A stretch of 63,970 bases of DNA, counting the filler, from Candidatus Woesearchaeota archaeon (GTDB taxonomy: Archaea > Nanobdellota > Nanobdellia > Woesearchaeales > CG1-02-33-12): the NCBI GenBank assembly GCA_018399355.1. It is 9 parts of 9 records of this genome, joined end to end, with 100 filler letters (N's around TTAATTAATTAA, not from the genome) between each part and the next. Parts side by side here need not be neighbours in the genome. Positions count along the whole stretch, not along the records: positions 53,132 to 59,008 come from JAGYOA010000048.1; positions 59,109 to 63,970 come from JAGYOA010000053.1; 7 more parts are not named here. The stretch is one strand, 5' to 3'. Shown here piece by piece: positions 57,860 to 63,970 of the stretch (positions are counted from its first letter, which is position 1; each line of letters begins with the position of its first letter). The notes below the pieces were generated by a model. It ran no database searches. It was not told where the DNA came from and was given only the letters and a program-made list of their open reading frames with translations. The position numbers were made by a program, and so were the translations under genes.

Positions 57860-58937
57860 TGATATTAATCTCAAGATAAAAGGCGTTGCTGAGCAAATAT
57901 ACAAAAAAATAAAAAAGAAAGAGCAGCCAAACCTTGATGTTCCACTGCGTTCTCTTAGTAATGTTAGTTATGATGATAATGAGGGTTATTTCAAGCTCTT
58001 GGGAAAGAAAAAAACAAGGACGCTTACTGCATCAACAATAAAAACATTTGCCCAGAGCCTTAGGATGATGGTTTTGTCAAAGCAGCTTGTTGAAAGCAAA
58101 GACCTTGCAACCAAAAGAGAGGTTTATTATGTTTCAAAAAACTGGGGCGATGCAAAATTCAATGACCAGCCCGAATCAGACTCAACAATGGATGATGTTG
58201 AGGCAATGCTTTTAGCGCAAAGGGAAAAAATGGGATTTGTTCCTGAGGAAGATGGAGGGGCAGTTACAGGAAAGCTTAAGATAATTGAAAAAGATATTGA
58301 AACAGGAAAAACAAATACTGTTGATTGTACAAAGTTTGTTTCAGGAGCTTACAATATTCCCAATCAGGTTGAGGACCTTGAGTTTCAGACAGATGCAAAA
58401 TTTATTCTTGCGATTGAGACAGCAGGTATGTTTCAAAGACTGGTTAAGCACAAGTACTGGGAAAAGGCTAATTGTTTGCTTGTTTCCCTTAAAGGTGTTC
58501 CTTCAAGAGCATGCAGGCGTTTCATAAGGCGCTTAAGTGATGAGCATAATCTTCCTGTTTATGTTTTTACAGACTGTGACTTTTATGGTTTTATGAACAT
58601 TTACAGGACTTTAAAAGTCGGAAGCGGAAATGCCGCCCACATCAATAAGTTTTTCTGCGTGCCTAAAGCTCAGTTTATAGGCCTTACTCCACAGGATATA
58701 ATAGATTATAAATTGCCGACTCATAAATTAAAAGATGTTGATATAAAGAGAGGAAAGGATGCTATGAAGAATGACCCTTTTGTTCACCACCACAAGGAAT
58801 GGCAGAAGGCAATAAAGCAGCTTAATGATATGAAAGTCAGGGCAGAACAGCAGGCATTGGCCGTGGGTGGCCTTAACTTCGTCATGGATAAATACCTTCC
58901 TGATAAATTAAAAAATCACAAGACATGGCTGCCTTAA
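57849..58937 (+). CDS. top6A: DNA topoisomerase VI subunit A
   Basis: TKREVYY (catalytic Tyr), IETAGMFQRL, KGVPSRA, DCD, AEQQAL. Confidence 0.95.
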   Translation: MMSNDINLKIKGVAEQIYKKIKKKEQPNLDVPLRSLSNVSYDDNEGYFKLLGKKKTRTLTASTIKTFAQSLRMMVLSKQLVESKDLATKREVYYVSKNWGDAKFNDQPESDSTMDDVEAMLLAQREKMGFVPEEDGGAVTGKLKIIEKDIETGKTNTVDCTKFVSGAYNIPNQVEDLEFQTDAKFILAIETAGMFQRLVKHKYWEKANCLLVSLKGVPSRACRRFIRRLSDEHNLPVYVFTDCDFYGFMNIYRTLKVGSGNAAHINKFFCVPKAQFIGLTPQDIIDYKLPTHKLKDVDIKRGKDAMKNDPFVHHHKEWQKAIKQLNDMKVRAEQQALAVGGLNFVMDKYLPDKLKNHKTWLP

Positions 58938-59008
58938 TCCAAAATTAAAAATTTTAATTTAAAAAAATATAAAATTATTATTAAAAATGAAATTAAATGC
59001 AAATATGA

Positions 59009-59108
59009 NNNNNNNNNNNNNNNNNNNNNNNNNNNNNNNNNNNNNNNNNNNNTTAATTAATTAANNNNNNNNNNNNNNNNNNNNNNNNNNNNNNNNNNNN
59101 NNNNNNNN
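59009..59108. other. Artificial contig linker
   Basis: N44-TTAATTAATTAA-N44. Confidence 0.98.
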
Positions 59109-59130
59109 TAAAAACTTTAAGAAAAATTAA

Positions 59131-59790
59131 TTAATACACTTGGCACTTTTTTGAGTCCATCTCTTGCTCGATGCCATCTCCACAACATGCTCTCTCGCAG
59201 TTTCTTCCTAAGCATGCACAATCAGATAGACAGCTAAAGCAATCTTCTCCTAACTCACATATTCCGTTTCCACATACTGTTGATGCACAGTCATTGTCAT
59301 CAGTGTAATCACACCCTGCTGGACAGCATCCATCATCGTTCTGGCAGGCAGTTACATCTTCATAAATGCAGTAAGCATCACATGTTCCAGCATAATTACA
59401 ACTATCTGTAGTGCATGCATTGTTATCATCACAATCTGTATCATAACTGCATGAAGGTATTATACATTTACTGTCACAACATATCTCTCCTGAAAAACAA
59501 TCTGCATCTGAAGAGCATTCTGGTACTGCTTCAGCAATAGGCAACCCATATCCTGTTGCAGTGTCATAACCTGTTGAATAAATATCCTTTATCACAGTTC
59601 TAAGATAATCTCTTGTTTCCTGCGCTGTTCCCTGCCATAATTTAGCAGCTAATCCGCTTACATGTGGTGTTGCCATTGATGTTCCACTCATATAACCATA
59701 GCATCCATTGTTCAAGGTGCTTTCAACACTAACTCCTGGTGATGCAAACTCAATCCTTTTCATTCAACAAAGACTTCTTTTTTGTTTAAT
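59131..59790 (-). pseudogene. Subtilisin (S8) protease remnant: catalytic-Ser region plus Cys-rich tail; Asp/His region missing
   Basis: EFASPGV..ST...MSGTSMATPHVSG, GYG, CDDNNACTTDSC; in-frame TGA directly before ATG 59763. Confidence 0.7.
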
Positions 59791-59819
59791 CCTTTTTCAC
59801 CTCCTACATTTAATCTCAC

Positions 59820-60032
59820 TTACGTGGATTTCCTTATCTTCAATCTCCCAAAAAGTAGCTTTCTACCTCTCTTGGAATCATCAATCTTCCGTTTTGGTCT
59901 CCATATATCATCTTCATCACCCCAGGCATGTGCAGTGTGCACATTTGGTTTAATCAGGATATTGCCACTAATATCCAATTCCCAATGGTATAAGTCACTT
60001 AGAAGCAACTTGTCGTTTTGTATGTTGTTCAT
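59820..60032 (-). CDS. 70-aa hypothetical protein
   Basis: GGAGGTGA RBS; ATGA overlap with the upstream 37-aa ORF. Confidence 0.55.
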   Translation of the reverse strand: MNNIQNDKLLLSDLYHWELDISGNILIKPNVHTAHAWGDEDDIWRPKRKIDDSKRGRKLLFGRLKIRKST

Positions 60033-60142
60033 GCTCTCACCTCCATATTGTTATTAAGATCATATATGCTTGGCACAATACCAAACCTTTCCCAATAGGA
60101 AACCCTCTGTTCTTTTATCCATAATTCCTGAAATGTTGTCAT
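60029..60142 (-). CDS. 37-aa hypothetical peptide (not in ORF track)
   Basis: MTTFQELWIKEQRVSYWERFGIVPSIYDLNNNMEVRA; GGAGGT RBS; translational coupling to the next ORF. Confidence 0.5.
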   Translation of the reverse strand: MTTFQELWIKEQRVSYWERFGIVPSIYDLNNNMEVRA

Positions 60143-60278
60143 GTTTATCGACCTCCGATTTGTTTATGAGAATTGAATATGAACAATGTTTAAATATAAT
60201 TTTAAAGAAAAATCTTATAAGAAATCTGAGTAAACCTACCAAAACTTTAAAAAAGGGAATCATAATCTAAATAATATA

Positions 60279-60941
60279 ATGTCACTAACTTATTTATCTC
60301 CATCCTGGTTCTTTGGATATGAGGTAGTTTTGGAACTCTTGTTTGCAGTAATAGCTTTAACAGTAGCTTTATTTGCACTCAAGATATACAGAATAAGTTA
60401 TCAAAATCAGATAAAGCTTTTTGGCATATCTTTCTCATTTATATCTATATCTTACTTCATCCAATCAGTTTTCAATTATCTGATAATATCTAAAGCAAAT
60501 GAAAATATTAGCAGAATTTTTAAGATACAATCTATCGCAAGGTTTGATGCTATGGGGTTGTATGCCCATATCTTTTTCATGACACTTGGTTTAGTGATTC
60601 TTGCTTTTATGACCTTTAAATCGGACAAAACAAGAATCTTCTGGCTTATGCTCATAACAATTCTCTTTGGAATCTTTTTGAGTGTGAATATTCTTTATAC
60701 ATTCTCCCTGTTTTCATCAATCTATCTTGTATTCTTGTCCTGGCATTTCATCAACAACTACTTGCAGAACAGGCAGAAGAAAACTCTGTTAATAGCATTG
60801 GCCTTCCTCTTTTTATTGTTTGGAAGTTTCCACTTTCTCATACCTGTGAATCATCAACTGTTCTATGTAATAGGGCAAATCCTTGAACTCTTTGCATACC
60901 TATTGATACTACTTAATTTTTACCTAGTCCGGAAAAAATGA
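60279..60941 (+). CDS. ~7-TM membrane protein (putative sensor)
   Basis: About seven TMs; same length (220 aa) and layout as 35694..36356. Confidence 0.75.
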   Translation: MSLTYLSPSWFFGYEVVLELLFAVIALTVALFALKIYRISYQNQIKLFGISFSFISISYFIQSVFNYLIISKANENISRIFKIQSIARFDAMGLYAHIFFMTLGLVILAFMTFKSDKTRIFWLMLITILFGIFLSVNILYTFSLFSSIYLVFLSWHFINNYLQNRQKKTLLIALAFLFLLFGSFHFLIPVNHQLFYVIGQILELFAYLLILLNFYLVRKK

Positions 60942-60947
60942 GGAAAA

Positions 60948-61226
60948 ATGAATAAGAAGCGTGATCGGCTTGAGATAATACATGACATATTGTATTCCAT
61001 AAGAGAAAAGGCAGGAGTAGTTAAGCAAACCCATATCCTATACAAATCAAACCTTTCGCATCAGATGCTTGTTGAATACGTTGGAGAACTTATTGACAAG
61101 AGCTTCATCGTTGAAAAGGAGGACAAGAAAGGTAAGAACCATTATGAGCTGACAGATAAGGGACATAATTATCTCAGTGATTATAAGACCATCAGAAACT
61201 TTGTTGATTCTTATGGATTGAATTAG
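60948..61226 (+). CDS. Winged-helix DNA-binding protein (HTH_45-like)
   Basis: KRDRLEIIHDIL...KQTHILYKSNLS...YELTDKG. Confidence 0.88.
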   Translation: MNKKRDRLEIIHDILYSIREKAGVVKQTHILYKSNLSHQMLVEYVGELIDKSFIVEKEDKKGKNHYELTDKGHNYLSDYKTIRNFVDSYGLN

Positions 61227-61382
61227 ATTAAATTACAATGGTTTGTCATTTAATTCTTGTTGAGGCGATTAAGTCCCAGCCCTGAGTTTCTCATTAAAAA
61301 AACTTAGTTTTAATTTTTTTATCTTCTTTAAAATAAGCTAAACAAAATTTAAGTAATAAAAAAAAGAAAAAGATTATAGTCT

Positions 61383-62987
61383 TTATTGTATTTCCTGGCA
61401 TACTCCATCTATACATTCATAACCTTCTTCACACAAACTGTCGTCTGGTATATGGTCGCATGAATCAGTTGTTTCATTACAGCTGTCTATCGTACAAACA
61501 CTGCCATCATCGCAGTCTGGAGGAGTTCCTGCCTGGCAATCTAAAGCAACATTACAGTATTCTTCTCCGTTGCACCATAATCCATCATCACACAAACTAT
61601 TATCTGCTGTATGGTCACATGAGTCTGTATCCTCATTACAGCTGTCTATTGTGCATTCAATTCCGTCATCACAATTTACTGTAGTTCCTGCCTGGCATGT
61701 ATTATCAACACATGTCTCAGCGCCATTGCACCATAATTCATCATCACATTCAGAATCAGTTTCACACTCTACTTCTTCAATCTCTTCACAAACTCCGTCT
61801 ATGCACTCATATCCTTCATCACAATCTTCATCTGATTCGCATTCTTCTTCCTCTTCTTCTATTTCTTCAACTTCATCTTCATCTATATCTTTACCAACAA
61901 CTCCGCTCTTTGAAATCACTGGTAAAAGATTGTACTCATTGTTTTGTCCTTTCTTCACGACATTTATATCAAAAACAAAAGTTGTTACTTGTCCATCCAC
62001 TACTTCAAAAGATTTTATTATTTGCAGTTTTCCGCTTGGAACCATGACATTTGCTGTTTCACCATTTGCTTTAGCATCAACAGAATCAACATAAAGTTCG
62101 ATTTTATTGTACATTCCAGGCTCGAGTTCTGTTGACAACACTTCCATAGAGGATTCTCCTACTACTTTAGTTAAATCAACTGATGCATCAAGGTCTTTTT
62201 CTTCAAAGCCTTTTCCATCTCCTCCTATCTTGAATATCCTTGTTTTTGAAAGCTCAACAATCAAATATTCAAAATCCTCAATGTCTGCTGGTGCATCTGA
62301 GACCAATAATCTGAAATTATCTCCTTCTTTACCCTTATCATCAGAACCTGCATCTTCTGGCTTGTTTTCTGAATCACCTGATGGAGATCGTCCTGCTTCT
62401 CCTGACTGATCGGAAGGTATTTCACTGCCAACAGCCTGTAATGCTCTTTGAATTCCTTGTTTTGCCTGTTCAGGTGAATTCTCTAACATTTCTGTAAGTG
62501 TTTCCTGAGCAACCTCATTAGCTCTCTCACGGTTTCTCTCAGTTAATCTGTTCAAAGCCCGTTCTCTTCCTTCAGCACTGTTCTGCATGGCATTTTCAAT
62601 GCCCTGCCTTGCTTGTTCAGGAACTTTTTCATAAACTTCAGCTAACACTTCCATATGTCTTGATGTCTGCCTTGCAACCTCTTCTGCTTTTTCCTCACTA
62701 TTATTTGCTTCCCTGATTCTTTTTTGTATTGCATTTTCATACCTTTCTCTGGCTTTTTCCAGGGCATTTAATTTGTTTTCCTGGGCCATTGCCACTACTT
62801 CTGCCCCTTTCTCATTTGCAAGGGACTCAGCAGATTGCAGGCCATCAAACATTGTATCCAGGAAATAGAAGGGACTGTCTGGGGTCATGCCAGGATTTTC
62901 AAGATCTTCTGGCAGTGCAAAAGCACTCATTGAAAAAACTAGAATTACAAATACTAATAAAACTGGTTTTAAGTATTTCATATACAT
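61383..62987 (-). CDS. Secreted multidomain protein (DUF5667-like helical + DUF4382 + Cys-rich repeats)
   Basis: PGMTPDSPFYFLD; FRLLVSDAP...VPSGKLQI..F...TTFVFD; CDDGIECTIDSCNE repeats. Confidence 0.8.
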   Translation of the reverse strand: MYMKYLKPVLLVFVILVFSMSAFALPEDLENPGMTPDSPFYFLDTMFDGLQSAESLANEKGAEVVAMAQENKLNALEKARERYENAIQKRIREANNSEEKAEEVARQTSRHMEVLAEVYEKVPEQARQGIENAMQNSAEGRERALNRLTERNRERANEVAQETLTEMLENSPEQAKQGIQRALQAVGSEIPSDQSGEAGRSPSGDSENKPEDAGSDDKGKEGDNFRLLVSDAPADIEDFEYLIVELSKTRIFKIGGDGKGFEEKDLDASVDLTKVVGESSMEVLSTELEPGMYNKIELYVDSVDAKANGETANVMVPSGKLQIIKSFEVVDGQVTTFVFDINVVKKGQNNEYNLLPVISKSGVVGKDIDEDEVEEIEEEEEECESDEDCDEGYECIDGVCEEIEEVECETDSECDDELWCNGAETCVDNTCQAGTTVNCDDGIECTIDSCNEDTDSCDHTADNSLCDDGLWCNGEEYCNVALDCQAGTPPDCDDGSVCTIDSCNETTDSCDHIPDDSLCEEGYECIDGVCQEIQ

Positions 62988-63049
62988 CACCTTAGGCCAA
63001 TGAATGTATTTATTATTAATAAAGGTTTTCTTTTATACATCTGTTAATT

Positions 63050-63970
63050 TTATATTAGAAATGTCCTGTCCTGAATTCTTTCTGAAATTTCGCCCTTAAG
63101 GTTTTTTGTTATTAGCTGCTTTACTTCATCTTTATTATGATTGCTTAAAAGCCAGGCCAATTTAATAAAAGAAGTTTCAGGAGTCATATCACTTAAATGG
63201 CCTAAAACTCCAATCTCCTGCAATTCTCTTAAAGGAGTATAAACATTCATCTGGATTCTGCCGTAAATTGTCTGGGAAGACATGACTACTATAAGGCCTT
63301 CCTTTATCATTTTTTTCAAGGAATCAGATATTTTCTTGTTCTCCTTTGTATGCTCATCTATTTCTTCATTTGGGAGATGGCCAAGACCTGTTCCCTCAAC
63401 AACAAGGCCGTCAAAATTTTTATAAACTAAAAATTCCTCAGCAAACATGTTTGTATGGGTTTTAACAATTCCAACCTTGATTTTTTCATTAAACAATTTT
63501 AATTTTAATTTTTTATCATTTTTCTTTTCATAATCTTTTTTCATAAATGAGATATTCTTTTCATTGAAATTAACCCTTGCAATGGGTGTTGAATTTATTG
63601 GCCTGAATGCATCCCTTCTTGAAGTGTGCATCTTTCTTGTCTTTAATGCAGGCAGTATTAAGCAAGAATCATCACTCATATTTTCATGCATGCATATTGA
63701 AACATCTGCAAAATCAGAATTTGCAATAAAATAACAGGCAGAAATTAAGTTAACAGCAGCATCTGTTGAACCTCTATCTGAACTTCTCTGAGAGCCAACC
63801 ATTATAATAGGAACAGGCAAATCTTCTAAAATAAACCTTAATGCAGCGCTTGTGTAATGCATTGTATCCGTTCCATGGGTTATTATTATTCCATCTGTTC
63901 CGGACTTTATCTCTTTTTCAATCTCTTTGGCGATAATATTATAATGTGGAAACCTCATCATCTCTGACTG
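63050..63970 (-). CDS. gatD: Glu-tRNA(Gln) amidotransferase subunit D, 5'-truncated by window
   Basis: THGTDTMHYT, GSQRSSDRGS, KMHTSRRDAF, GTGLGH. Confidence 0.93.
   Translation of the reverse strand, partial: QSEMMRFPHYNIIAKEIEKEIKSGTDGIIITHGTDTMHYTSAALRFILEDLPVPIIMVGSQRSSDRGSTDAAVNLISACYFIANSDFADVSICMHENMSDDSCLILPALKTRKMHTSRRDAFRPINSTPIARVNFNEKNISFMKKDYEKKNDKKLKLKLFNEKIKVGIVKTHTNMFAEEFLVYKNFDGLVVEGTGLGHLPNEEIDEHTKENKKISDSLKKMIKEGLIVVMSSQTIYGRIQMNVYTPLRELQEIGVLGHLSDMTPETSFIKLAWLLSNHNKDEVKQLITKNLKGEISERIQDRTFLI

Noticed and set aside
8613..59108. Eight recurring TTAATTAATTAA motifs flanked by N runs
   Set aside because: Identical 100-nt artificial linkers; the pieces between them are sorted by decreasing length (8391, 7976, 7770, 7017, 6640, 6025, 5877 nt). 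Not a biological repeat, and ORFs or neighbourhoods crossing them are invalid.
60060..60270. Overlapping 66-67 aa ORFs on both strands
   Set aside because: No RBS or motifs; the region is better explained as a divergent promoter plus the 37-aa ORF.
919..62995. Numerous 60-180 aa antisense or alternate-frame ORFs inside long genes
   Set aside because: Shadow ORFs (Phe/Ser/Leu-rich mirrors of Lys/Glu-rich genes) with no independent evidence.

Overview
AT-rich archaeal DNA. Gene content (eL31/eL39/eS19, Cbf5, Dph2, topoisomerase VI, GatB/GatD, AMP phosphorylase, C1:G72 tRNA-Tyr, BHB tRNA introns) fits a DPANN/Woesearchaeota-like genome bin; the taxon is an inference. The window is not contiguous: nine contig pieces are joined by eight artificial 100-nt linkers (N44-TTAATTAATTAA-N44), and the seven complete pieces fall in descending length, so adjacency across linkers means nothing. 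It holds housekeeping genes, two surface-glycosylation clusters, secreted/membrane proteins and six complete tRNA genes, four with introns. The main finding is that tRNA-Val(GAC) and tRNA-Pro, on different contigs, each carry a long intron (130 and 103 nt) at the same non-canonical T-loop position 59/60. Both introns begin with the same ~80-nt structured element, which shows compensatory base changes, and a diverged copy starts exactly 2 nt after each discriminator base (4 copies in all). This suggests a small tRNA-targeting mobile or structured element made harmless by splicing. Secondary findings: two kinase-less 7TM + winged-helix modules, an RHH/pseudo-nucleotidyltransferase regulator with paired palindromic operators, a tandem-MNT/HEPN fusion, a KKG|YIDPGTG microprotein, candidate ATT/ATC starts and a methyltransferase broken by a 17-bp duplication. 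All assignments come from reading motifs by eye; no searches were run.
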